A DNA stretch of 64,000 nt from Bacteroidaceae bacterium (GTDB taxonomy: Archaea; Methanobacteriota; Methanobacteria; Methanobacteriales; Methanobacteriaceae). The stretch's first letter is position 1. Every line of letters starts with the position of its first letter. Below the pieces are notes generated by a model. It had not been told where the DNA came from. It was given only the letters and a program-made list of their open reading frames with translations, and ran no database searches. The position numbers and the translations under genes were made by a program. Below, piece after piece: positions 1 through 8,843 of the stretch. The DNA is taken from NCBI GenBank assembly GCA_963606955.1, contig CAVDAS010000001.1, positions 31,871 through 95,870 on the forward strand. Reading direction: 5' to 3'.

Positions 1-525
1 ATAAATGAAGGCAGCCCATTACCATTTAGGCCACCTTACAGATTCTTAGTTAATGCTTACCAAATAGCTGGAAATAATTTAGAAAAAATCTTCACAATTC
101 TTAAAAACAATTCTCAGTTAACTAAAAGCTTTAAAGATAAAGAATTCGGAGACTTAAATGAAACAGAATTAACACAATTCCAAGAACGTGTTGATAATGT
201 TGTTAACTGGCTAGATACCTATGCACCTAAATTTGTAAAATTCCAAGTTCAGAAGAAAAGTGTTCCAAAATTACCATTAACTGATGAGCAAACTCAATTC
301 TTAAGTGATTTAGCTAATTTAATGGAAAAAGAAACCTTTGACAAAGCAGAAGATTTACATGATGCAATGTATGAAATTCTTGAAGGTCAAGGATTAAAAC
401 CTCAAAAAGGATTCCAAGCTATTTACAAAATGATTTTAGGTCAAAAACAAGGTCCAAGAGCAGCATCATTCTTACTATCTCTTGATAAAGATTTTGTTGT
501 TAAAAGATTAAGACAAGAAGCTTAA
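1..525 (+). CDS. lysK: Lysyl-tRNA synthetase, class I (C-terminal part; 5' end lies outside the window)
   Basis: Frame 1 is open from base 1 to the TAA at 523-525. The C-terminal sequence ...GPRAASFLLSLDKDFVVKRLRQEA is typical of archaeal class I LysRS tails. Confidence 0.75.
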   Translation: MNEGSPLPFRPPYRFLVNAYQIAGNNLEKIFTILKNNSQLTKSFKDKEFGDLNETELTQFQERVDNVVNWLDTYAPKFVKFQVQKKSVPKLPLTDEQTQFLSDLANLMEKETFDKAEDLHDAMYEILEGQGLKPQKGFQAIYKMILGQKQGPRAASFLLSLDKDFVVKRLRQEA

Positions 526-998
526 AAATTAGAAACATCGGTAGAATTCCCTACTTTGGACAATTCATTCTTCCAACTATTAGGGTTTTCTTCCACATAT
601 TTTTCAAATAATTTCCTGCATTCTGAATTATTTAAAACCACTATTTCTACACCATTTTTCTCAAGTAAATGTTCAGCACCCATTAAAGTAGTATTTTCAC
701 CAATAACCACTTTTGGAATGTTATATAAAATTACAGCACCAGAACACATTGGACATGGAGAAAGAGTTGTATATAATGTAGATTTAAGATAATCTTCATG
801 TGTTAAACGCCCTGCATTTTCAATAGCATCCATTTCAGCATGAATAATTACAGAGTCTTTTTGAATTAGCTTATTATGGCCACAAGAAATAATTTTTTCA
901 TCTTTAACTAAAACAGCACCAATTGGTATGCCGCCTTCGCTTAAAGATTTTTTAGCTTCTTTTAAAGCCTCATTCATGAAATAAATATCATCATACAT
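522..998 (-). CDS. Fcy1-type cytosine deaminase (CMP/dCMP deaminase zinc-binding fold)
   Basis: 158 aa. Zinc motifs HAEMDAI and PCPMCSGA are present. ENAGRL, TLYTTLSPC, IPKVVIGEN and the C-terminal P..W region align by eye along the full length of yeast Fcy1, which is also 158 aa. Confidence 0.7.
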   Translation of the reverse strand: MYDDIYFMNEALKEAKKSLSEGGIPIGAVLVKDEKIISCGHNKLIQKDSVIIHAEMDAIENAGRLTHEDYLKSTLYTTLSPCPMCSGAVILYNIPKVVIGENTTLMGAEHLLEKNGVEIVVLNNSECRKLFEKYVEENPNSWKNELSKVGNSTDVSNF

Positions 999-1065
999 AT
1001 TGAATTACCCCTTATAAATTAAGGCATTCTTAGATGATTATGATAAAAAAAAATAAGATGATGAT

Positions 1066-1824
1066 TTAATCATCATCAATAGAGACTTGTTTATTGGAAA
1101 GTCTTTCTAAAAATCCTCTATTCGCTTGTTTTTCTAAAGTTTTTTTAAGTTTGGAAACTTGTCCTTTTAAATCATCAATAGTTTTTTGTGAATCGTTATG
1201 TAATTTGTCATAACTGCTTTGTTTACCTTTTAATTCTGAGGTAAGTGATTTAATTTCTTCATTAAGCTTATTCATTTCACCTTTAACTTTAGCATCAACT
1301 TCTTCTTTATAGTTTCCCATTTCGATAACTTGTTTTCTTAATTCACTAACTTCAGATTCAAGATCATTTTTACTGTTTTTGAATTTTTCTAATTGTGAAA
1401 CTTTTTCAGTTAAATCAGCGTGTAATTTTTCATTTTCTTCTTTAAGGTTATTAATACTATTAGCATCAACCTCATCAAGTTTAGCTTTAAATTCTGCTAC
1501 TTTTGATTCCGCATCTTTTTTAATATCATCAATTTCAGATTCAAGTTTTTCAGCTCTTACTTTATTGATTGCATCATCAGCTCCGATTTTAGTTAATTTT
1601 TCACTTAAATCAGCGTTAATATCTAATTGGTCATAATATTTCCTAGTAGCTTTATCTAATGCTTCAGTTAATTCATCTTTAATTTTTTTTAACTCAGCAT
1701 TTTCATTTTTAAGATTAGGAATAATTTCATTAGTTAAATAATTAAGTTCATTAGATTGATTATCTAATTTTTGATCTTTTTCTTTTAATTGGCTTTCAAT
1801 TTCAGCCCCGTTTTCTTCAGACAC
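1066..1824 (-). CDS. Coiled-coil protein of unknown function with a C-terminal amphipathic segment
   Basis: 252 aa, K/E/D/L-rich with heptad-like periodicity throughout. No enzymatic motifs. The tail RGFLERLSNKQVSIDDD resembles a membrane-targeting helix. Confidence 0.6.
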   Translation of the reverse strand: MSEENGAEIESQLKEKDQKLDNQSNELNYLTNEIIPNLKNENAELKKIKDELTEALDKATRKYYDQLDINADLSEKLTKIGADDAINKVRAEKLESEIDDIKKDAESKVAEFKAKLDEVDANSINNLKEENEKLHADLTEKVSQLEKFKNSKNDLESEVSELRKQVIEMGNYKEEVDAKVKGEMNKLNEEIKSLTSELKGKQSSYDKLHNDSQKTIDDLKGQVSKLKKTLEKQANRGFLERLSNKQVSIDDD

Positions 1825-2025
1825 TATATCACCATATTAGCAATAACAATATTTTCTAAATTTATGTTCAACTACAGTATACTAAATATATGTATATTAT
1901 ATTTAACTTATTTAAACCTTTAGAACTTATGAAATTTTTCATTTTACAAATGAAAATTTTTGCACACTTCCAATACATTAAAATAAGTAGCAAAACATAC
2001 CTATAATCAACGAATTTTAAAAGAC

Positions 2026-5000
2026 ATGGAGATAAACATGGACTATTTTGATAGATTAGAAGCAGATACTAAAGCATTATATGAAATAGCTAACGAAGCA
2101 AGGTCTAAAGGACTGGATGTTGAAACAAAAAGTGAAGTTCCTTTAGCAAAGGATTTAGCTGAAAGAGTTGAAGGGCTTGTTGGTCCAGAAGGTGTTGCTA
2201 AACGTATTAAAGAATTAGAACAAGATATAACAAGAGAAGAAGTGGCTTTTGAAATAGCTGCTGAAATTGCATCTGGAAAATTTGAACTTACAAAAGAAAA
2301 GGCAAACTACAACGAAGAACAAAGATGCGACCAAGGACTTAGAACTGCACTAGCTATTCTTACAGAAGGAGTAGTAGCTGCTCCTCTAGAAGGTATTTCT
2401 CAAGTAAAAATTAAAGAAAATTTTGATTCTACAAAATATATTGCGGTTTATTTTGCAGGACCTATCAGAAGTGCAGGAGGAACTGCTGCAGCACTAGCTG
2501 TTTTACTTGGGGATAAAATCAAAGAAGCTATTGGAATTGATGATTTTAAACCTATTGAAGATGAAATTGAACGTTATGTTGAAGAAGTAGAGCTTTATGA
2601 ATCAGAAGTTACTAACTTACAATACTCCCCAACACCAGAAGAAGTAAGATTTGCTGCTAATCATATTCCTGTAGAAGTTACCGGAGAACAAACTGACCAA
2701 GTTGAAGTATCTCACAGGGATTTGGAACGTGTTGAAACAAATAACATTCGTGGAGGAGCTCTTCTAGCTATGGTTGAAGGAGTTATACAGAAATCTAAAA
2801 AGATTTTAAAAATCTCTAAAAAGCTTAAATTAAATAGTTGGGGATGGCTTTCTGAATATTCCAAACCAAAAACTGATGATAAAAAATCTGACGATGATGG
2901 TGGTGCAGATTTAGTAACTGAACCAAAATATATTCAGGATATTATTGGTGGAAGGCCGGTTTTAGGTTATCCATCTGAAAAAGGAGGTTTTCGTTTAAGA
3001 TATGGTCGTTCTAGAAACACTGGCCTTGCAACTATGGGGGTTCATCCTGCAACAATGGCATTACTTGATTTTTTAGCTGTCGGAACACAGCTTAAAATTG
3101 AATATCCCGGAAAAGGTAATTGTGTTGTTCCAGTAGACTCTATAGAAGGACCTACTGTAAAGCTTAAAAATGGGGATGTTGTAATAATAAATAAAATAAA
3201 ACAAGCTAAAGAACTTAAAAATCAAGTTGCTGAAATCTTATTTTTAGGAGATATGCTTGTTGCATTTGGAGAATTTTTAAGAAACAACCAACCATTAATG
3301 CCTTCAGGATGGTGTGAAGAATGGTGGCTTGGTCTACTTCAAAAAAGTGATAAATTTGATAGTGAAGATAAAACCCTTGATTTACACCGCTTAGAATATG
3401 ATTATATTCCAGCTACTGAAGCTTTTAAATTATCTGAAGAATATAATATACCATTACATCCAAAATACACTTACTGCTATAACGATGTAACAATAAATGA
3501 TTTAAACTCATTAATTGATGTAATCCTAGAAAATAAATCAGAATACTCACAAGAAAATGGTCTTACAATTGACTTAGATTACAGAAAAAGAGTATTGGAA
3601 ATTATAGGTGTTCCACATACTGTAAAAGATGGAAAACTCACAATAGATAAAGACCATAGCTATGCTTTAATAAATACTTTAGTAGACAATATTCCTATTA
3701 AAGAAAGTACTCTAGAAGCTTTAAATGAAGTTTGTCCAATTGAAATTAAAAATAAAGCTCCAGCATATATTGGTACCCGTGTAGGAAGACCTGAAAAATC
3801 TAAAGAAAGATTAATGAGACCTGCACCACATGGATTATTCCCAATTGGTAATTATGGTGGAAGTAGAAGATTAGTAGCTACTGCAGCTAAAAGCGGAAAT
3901 ATTAAAGTAGATTTAGCTAGAAGAAAATGTACTCAATGTAAAATTAGTTCATTCCAATCAATTTGTCCTCACTGTGGAGCTCCAACAGAAATTAGTCCTC
4001 ACAGTGTGAAAAACATTAATCTTTCAGCTATGCTTAAAAAAGCATCTGATAATGTGAAGGTGAGAAAAGTTGATGAAATGAAAGGTGTTGTAGGTATGAT
4101 TTCTGAATCTAAGTTACCTGAACCTCTTGAAAAAGGAATACTTAGATCTAAAAATGATGTATTCACTTTTAAAGATGGAACAATCCGTCATGATTCAACA
4201 GATTTACCACTGACTCACTTTATTCCAAAAGAAATTGGAGTTACTGTTGAAAAACTTCTTGAAATGGGTTATACTAAAGATTGCTATGGAAATCCAATTG
4301 AAAATGAAGATCAAATTATAGAGCTTAGAGTACAGGATATTGTTATTTCCAATAATTGTGCAGATTATCTTGTTCGTACAGCTAATTTCATTGATGATGA
4401 ACTTGAAAGATATTATGGAATGGAGAGATTCTATAATGTTAAAGAAAAATCTGATTTAATTGGCCATTTAGTAGCGGGTCTTGCTCCTCACACTTCTGCA
4501 GGAGTATTAGGCAGAATTGTTGGATTTACAAAAGCATTATGCTGTTATGCTCACCCTTATTTCCACTCTGCAAAACGTAGAAATTGTGATAGTGATGAAG
4601 ATGCAGTAATGTTACTTTTAGATGCATTAATTAACTTCTCAAAATCCTACTTGCCAAATACAAGAGGTGGAAGTATGGATGCACCTTTAGTTTTATCTTC
4701 AAGAATTGACCCTGAAGAGATAGATGATGAATCTCACAACTTAGATATCTTTGATAGATTCCCAGTTGAGTTTTATGAGAAAACCTATGAACCTTTAAAA
4801 CCTGCTGAAGTTTTAGAATACATAGATAATGTAGAAATGCATTTAGGAACACCTCAGCAATATGAAGGATTAATGTTTTCCCACCATACCTCCAGTATCC
4901 ATGCAGGACCTACAGTATGTCTTTATAAAAGACTTCCTTCAATGAGAGAAAAAGTAGAAGCTCAAATTGCACTTGCTGAGAATATTAGAGCTGTAGATCA

Positions 5001-5334
5001 AAGAGGAGTTGTAGAAAAAGTTTTATCTTCCCACTTTTTACCGGATATTATGGGAAATTCAAGAGCATTTTCCAAACAAAAAGTAAGATGTACAAAATGT
5101 GGTTCAAAATATAGAAGAATGCCACTTACTGGAAAATGTAAATGTGGTGGAAATTTAATACTTTCAGTTTCTAAAGGTTCAGTAACTAAATATCTTGAAA
5201 TATCCCAAGATTTAGTAAATAGATACCCTGTATCTCATTATTTAAGACAACGTTTAGAAATTCAAGAGTTTGGAATTCACTCGCTTTTTGAAAGTGATAA
5301 ATCTAAACAAAGTTCCCTAGATGTTTTCTTCTAG
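2026..5334 (+). CDS. polC: DNA polymerase II (PolD) large subunit DP2
   Basis: 1102 aa. Contains Cys4 zinc fingers (CTQCK..CPHCG; CTKCGSKY..CKCGG) and the catalytic HPYFHSAKRRNCDSDEDAV motif. A GGAGA Shine-Dalgarno favours the second ATG at 2038 as the true start. Confidence 0.93.
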   Translation: MEINMDYFDRLEADTKALYEIANEARSKGLDVETKSEVPLAKDLAERVEGLVGPEGVAKRIKELEQDITREEVAFEIAAEIASGKFELTKEKANYNEEQRCDQGLRTALAILTEGVVAAPLEGISQVKIKENFDSTKYIAVYFAGPIRSAGGTAAALAVLLGDKIKEAIGIDDFKPIEDEIERYVEEVELYESEVTNLQYSPTPEEVRFAANHIPVEVTGEQTDQVEVSHRDLERVETNNIRGGALLAMVEGVIQKSKKILKISKKLKLNSWGWLSEYSKPKTDDKKSDDDGGADLVTEPKYIQDIIGGRPVLGYPSEKGGFRLRYGRSRNTGLATMGVHPATMALLDFLAVGTQLKIEYPGKGNCVVPVDSIEGPTVKLKNGDVVIINKIKQAKELKNQVAEILFLGDMLVAFGEFLRNNQPLMPSGWCEEWWLGLLQKSDKFDSEDKTLDLHRLEYDYIPATEAFKLSEEYNIPLHPKYTYCYNDVTINDLNSLIDVILENKSEYSQENGLTIDLDYRKRVLEIIGVPHTVKDGKLTIDKDHSYALINTLVDNIPIKESTLEALNEVCPIEIKNKAPAYIGTRVGRPEKSKERLMRPAPHGLFPIGNYGGSRRLVATAAKSGNIKVDLARRKCTQCKISSFQSICPHCGAPTEISPHSVKNINLSAMLKKASDNVKVRKVDEMKGVVGMISESKLPEPLEKGILRSKNDVFTFKDGTIRHDSTDLPLTHFIPKEIGVTVEKLLEMGYTKDCYGNPIENEDQIIELRVQDIVISNNCADYLVRTANFIDDELERYYGMERFYNVKEKSDLIGHLVAGLAPHTSAGVLGRIVGFTKALCCYAHPYFHSAKRRNCDSDEDAVMLLLDALINFSKSYLPNTRGGSMDAPLVLSSRIDPEEIDDESHNLDIFDRFPVEFYEKTYEPLKPAEVLEYIDNVEMHLGTPQQYEGLMFSHHTSSIHAGPTVCLYKRLPSMREKVEAQIALAENIRAVDQRGVVEKVLSSHFLPDIMGNSRAFSKQKVRCTKCGSKYRRMPLTGKCKCGGNLILSVSKGSVTKYLEISQDLVNRYPVSHYLRQRLEIQEFGIHSLFESDKSKQSSLDVFF

Positions 5335-5516
5335 GAAACATTAATACTTTTTAATTGCTCTAGCAATTTAATATAATATTTAAAAATTCATAAATAATTT
5401 TAACTAAAGAAAACATTGTTCGTGTTAAAGCGAACATTGTATATACAAGAAAAAATATAAAATAATACAAGTAAGAGGAAACTCTCTTGTTAAACTTAGT
5501 AGACCGGTGACTATAT

Positions 5517-7835
5517 ATGGAAAAGACTTCTGAAATAATGAAAGAACTTGATAACTTAAAAAAAATCAACGTTGAAAAAAACAACGGTATAAAAGAAAGA
5601 TTCAGCTATGAAAAGTTATTAAAATCATTAGTAATGGTTGAAACTCCTTTCTTTGAATCTGATAAAATTGTGGCTCAGGTTGTTTCTTCACTTTATGATG
5701 GTATCAAAACTAAAGAAATTAAAAAAATTGTACACGAATGTTTAGAAGACATTGATGGTGAAATAGCTAACAAATATTTAGCTAGTACCCAATTAAAAGT
5801 ACGTACTTCCAGAGACACTATTGAAGCATTTGATTTATCTAAAATCGCAAATACTTTAATTGAAGAAACTGGAGCATCCCAAGAAACTGCATTTGAAATA
5901 GCTACTGAAGTTTGGAAAGAACTTAAAAAATTAAATGTGGAATACTTAACTGCACCTATGATTAGGGAAATGGTAAACACCAAACTTGTGGAATATGGAT
6001 TAGAAGACTTAAGAAGTCGTTACACTCGTTTAGGTATCCCTGTATATAACATTACTTCATTAATTGAAAATGGTAACAGAGATAACGCAAATATGATTCA
6101 TAACCCTGAAAGTATTCATAAACATGTAGCTGACGAGGCATTAAAACAATATGCTCTCTTACAAATGCTCCCATCACACTTAGCTGATGCGCATATGGCT
6201 GGAGACATTCACATTCACGATTTAGAATTCTTTGCAGGAAGACCTTTGAACTGTATGCAACATGATATAAGGACTTTCATCAAATACGGACTTAAAGTAG
6301 ATGGAACTGGAGACCACACCTCTGTTGCAGGAGCTCCAAACCACATGGAAACTTTAATGAACCATACTGGAGAAATCATGCTTGCATCACAACAAAACAT
6401 GTCTGGTGGACAAGCTATGTCTTTATGGAATGTATTTGTAGCTCCATTTGCAAGAGGCAGAACTTACGATGAAATCAAACAATCTGTCCAAATGCTTATT
6501 TATAATTTAAACATGGCTTACGCAGCTAGAGGTTCCCAAGTACCATTTACAAGTATGGTTTTAGAATTCGGAGTTCCAAAATTCCTACAAGATGTAACTG
6601 CATATGGTCCAAAAGGACAAGAAGTTGGAACTTACGGAGATTATGAAGAAGAAACCAGATTAATCCAAAAAGCATTTACTGAAACCTTACTTGCTGGTGA
6701 CCAAGAAGGAAAACCTCATCTTTTCCCAAACACTATTTACACCCTTCGTGAAGAAACCTTAAAAGGAGATTATGACGAAGACTTACATTTAGTTCATGAA
6801 TTATCTGCAAAATATGGATCATCTTACTTTATTAATATGTTACCAGATTACAGAGGCAACATGGCAAACTACATGGGATGTAGGACCTGTTTACAAGATA
6901 ATTGGACTGGTGACTGGGAACAAGACTGTTTAAGAACAGGGAACCTTGCATATGTAACTTTAAACCTTCCAAGAATAGGATATCAATCTAAAGATGAATC
7001 ACAAGTATTTGAGTACTTAGACGAATACATGGACTTAGCTGCAGAAACCTTAATGCTTAGAAGGGAACAAGGATTAAAATGTTTAAATGACTTCCATATA
7101 TTACCATTCCTCAAACAAAAAGTTGGAGAAGACAGCTATTACAGAATCCAAAATTCAACATTATCCTTTGGTTTTGTTGGTCTTAATGAAATGTTATTAT
7201 CTTTATTCGGAGCAGGTATTGAAGATAAAGATGCAAACAAATTTGGTGTTAAATGTATTGAATACTTAAACGAAAGAGCTGACAAATTAAAAGAAGAAAC
7301 TGGTCTTAGATGGTCTGTTCTTCAGACCCCTGCAGAATCTACTGCATACAGATTTGCAACTCTTGATAAAGAACAATTTGGAGATCAAGCTATTGTACAA
7401 GGTGACGGAAGTGCTAATTACTACACTAACTCATCACATGTGCCAGTAAACACTGATGTATCCCTTATTGACAAAATAAAAATCGAAGAACAATACCACA
7501 GCTTAACCCCTGGAGGACATATATTCCATGCATTTATGGGTGAATCTTACTCTGATCCAGATTCCTTAATGAGTTTAACTAATAAAATAGCTAGAAAATC
7601 AGATATTGGTTTCTGGGCTTACAGTTCTGCATTAAGTTTTTGCCTTAGTTGTAAAACTTTAATGAAAGGTTTAAACAATAAATGCCCAACATGTGGAGAA
7701 ACTGAAGATGTTGAATGGTATGACAGAATCACTGGATATGTTCAACAAGTAGGACGTGCAAAATCATCATCAGGTGGTTGGAATCCAGGAAAACGTCAAG
7801 AATTAATGGATAGAAGAAGATTTGAAGATGAATAA
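5517..7835 (+). CDS. nrdD: Anaerobic ribonucleoside-triphosphate reductase (class III)
   Basis: 772 aa with an N-terminal ATP-cone-like region, a C-terminal zinc ribbon (CLSC...CPTCG) and the glycyl-radical motif RITGYVQ. A GGTGA SD lies 6 nt upstream of the ATG. Confidence 0.92.
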   Translation: MEKTSEIMKELDNLKKINVEKNNGIKERFSYEKLLKSLVMVETPFFESDKIVAQVVSSLYDGIKTKEIKKIVHECLEDIDGEIANKYLASTQLKVRTSRDTIEAFDLSKIANTLIEETGASQETAFEIATEVWKELKKLNVEYLTAPMIREMVNTKLVEYGLEDLRSRYTRLGIPVYNITSLIENGNRDNANMIHNPESIHKHVADEALKQYALLQMLPSHLADAHMAGDIHIHDLEFFAGRPLNCMQHDIRTFIKYGLKVDGTGDHTSVAGAPNHMETLMNHTGEIMLASQQNMSGGQAMSLWNVFVAPFARGRTYDEIKQSVQMLIYNLNMAYAARGSQVPFTSMVLEFGVPKFLQDVTAYGPKGQEVGTYGDYEEETRLIQKAFTETLLAGDQEGKPHLFPNTIYTLREETLKGDYDEDLHLVHELSAKYGSSYFINMLPDYRGNMANYMGCRTCLQDNWTGDWEQDCLRTGNLAYVTLNLPRIGYQSKDESQVFEYLDEYMDLAAETLMLRREQGLKCLNDFHILPFLKQKVGEDSYYRIQNSTLSFGFVGLNEMLLSLFGAGIEDKDANKFGVKCIEYLNERADKLKEETGLRWSVLQTPAESTAYRFATLDKEQFGDQAIVQGDGSANYYTNSSHVPVNTDVSLIDKIKIEEQYHSLTPGGHIFHAFMGESYSDPDSLMSLTNKIARKSDIGFWAYSSALSFCLSCKTLMKGLNNKCPTCGETEDVEWYDRITGYVQQVGRAKSSSGGWNPGKRQELMDRRRFEDE

Positions 7836-7998
7836 TCTTCTTCCCAAACTCTTTTTTAAAAAACCATCATCTATTCTATTTAAGAATACACCAACTTCCA
7901 TATATCTGATAATAATTCAATAGAAATTTATTAATAGGAATTAAACCCAAAATAATACCCATTGTCTAAAACTAGGAGGCATTTCTATAAATTTTAAT

Positions 7999-8637
7999 AT
8001 GAATTATTTTGAGAAAAAAATAATGTTAATTACAATATTTTGTGTAGCTTTTGTTACATCAAATATTGTTACTGTGAAAATTTTAAACTTAGGATTTTGG
8101 GACCTTACAGTTCCTTGTGGAGTAATAATCTACCCACTAGTATTTATTCTTACATCAATAATAGCTGACACATACGGTGAATCAACAGCACAAAAAACTA
8201 TCCTTTTTGGAGTAGCATGTAATTTACTTTTCGTTATTGTCTCAACAATTGCATTAATGCTACCTGCAGCGGGTTACTGGGAAGGACAAAGCAGTTTTGC
8301 ATACATATTCTCACAAACTCCAAGAATGTTAGTTGGATCATTTATTTCTTATGTCATAGGTAACTTTGTAAATGCTAAATTAACCACTATGATTAAAGAA
8401 AAATCCACAGACGGAAATGTTGGATATAAATCTATTGGAGCTATTGCTATTGGTGAAATATTAGATAACACCATTTTCATATCAATAGCATTTGCATTTA
8501 CTGTAAGCTGGACTAATATCGCTATAATGATTCTTGTTCACTTTGTCATAATGTTTGTTTGGACATTTATAGCTCAACCTATTACAGTCAGAGTTACTAA
8601 ATGGGCTAAACAAGATGAACCAATAACCACATATTAA
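7999..8637 (+). CDS. Queuosine/archaeosine-precursor transporter, YhhQ/VUT (DUF165) family
   Basis: 212 aa polytopic membrane protein. N-terminal SNIVTVKI and the overall pattern are typical of the YhhQ family. Confidence 0.65.
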   Translation: MNYFEKKIMLITIFCVAFVTSNIVTVKILNLGFWDLTVPCGVIIYPLVFILTSIIADTYGESTAQKTILFGVACNLLFVIVSTIALMLPAAGYWEGQSSFAYIFSQTPRMLVGSFISYVIGNFVNAKLTTMIKEKSTDGNVGYKSIGAIAIGEILDNTIFISIAFAFTVSWTNIAIMILVHFVIMFVWTFIAQPITVRVTKWAKQDEPITTY

Positions 8638-8669
8638 GAAAGATTAATATAATCTTTCTAACTTTTTTT
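8638..8669 (+). terminator. Hairpin plus T-tract terminator after the YhhQ-like gene
   Basis: A perfect 9-bp stem, GAAAGATTA-ata-TAATCTTTC (8638-8658), starts directly after the stop codon and is followed by TAACTTTTTTT. Confidence 0.6.
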
Positions 8670-8843
8670 AATATTGCTGATAATTTTTTAGCATTGAATA
8701 GCAAATAATATATATTCGATAAAATATACTAGTAAACATAGTCTTATAAAAAATTACAATTGGGAAACATATTCAACTTACTACTTTTAAATTTTTCCTA
8801 ACCGATCCCCAATTGATAAAAAAAGACTATATGATGGATTTTT

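Noticed and set aside
2026-7835. Inteins in PolD DP2 or NrdD (and in RadA at 54159-55094).
   Set aside because: Protein lengths are canonical and the catalytic motifs are contiguous. No Cys/Ser...HN splice-junction blocks or homing-endonuclease motifs interrupt them.
7836-7998. A preQ1-type riboswitch upstream of the YhhQ-like transporter, as in bacteria.
   Set aside because: I could find no P1 stem or A-rich tail pseudoknot resembling preQ1-I, -II or -III. There is only a weak 4-bp TCTA/TAGG pairing near the SD.
8757-8815. An 8-bp inverted repeat, CAATTGGG...CCCAATTG, flanking 43 bp upstream of the ADH pseudogene, considered as a possible MITE remnant. A similar case is CTATGTTA...TAACATAG at 10063-10110 upstream of rpl21e.
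   Set aside because: The repeats are too short and isolated to distinguish from chance. No target-site duplication or second copy was seen in the window.
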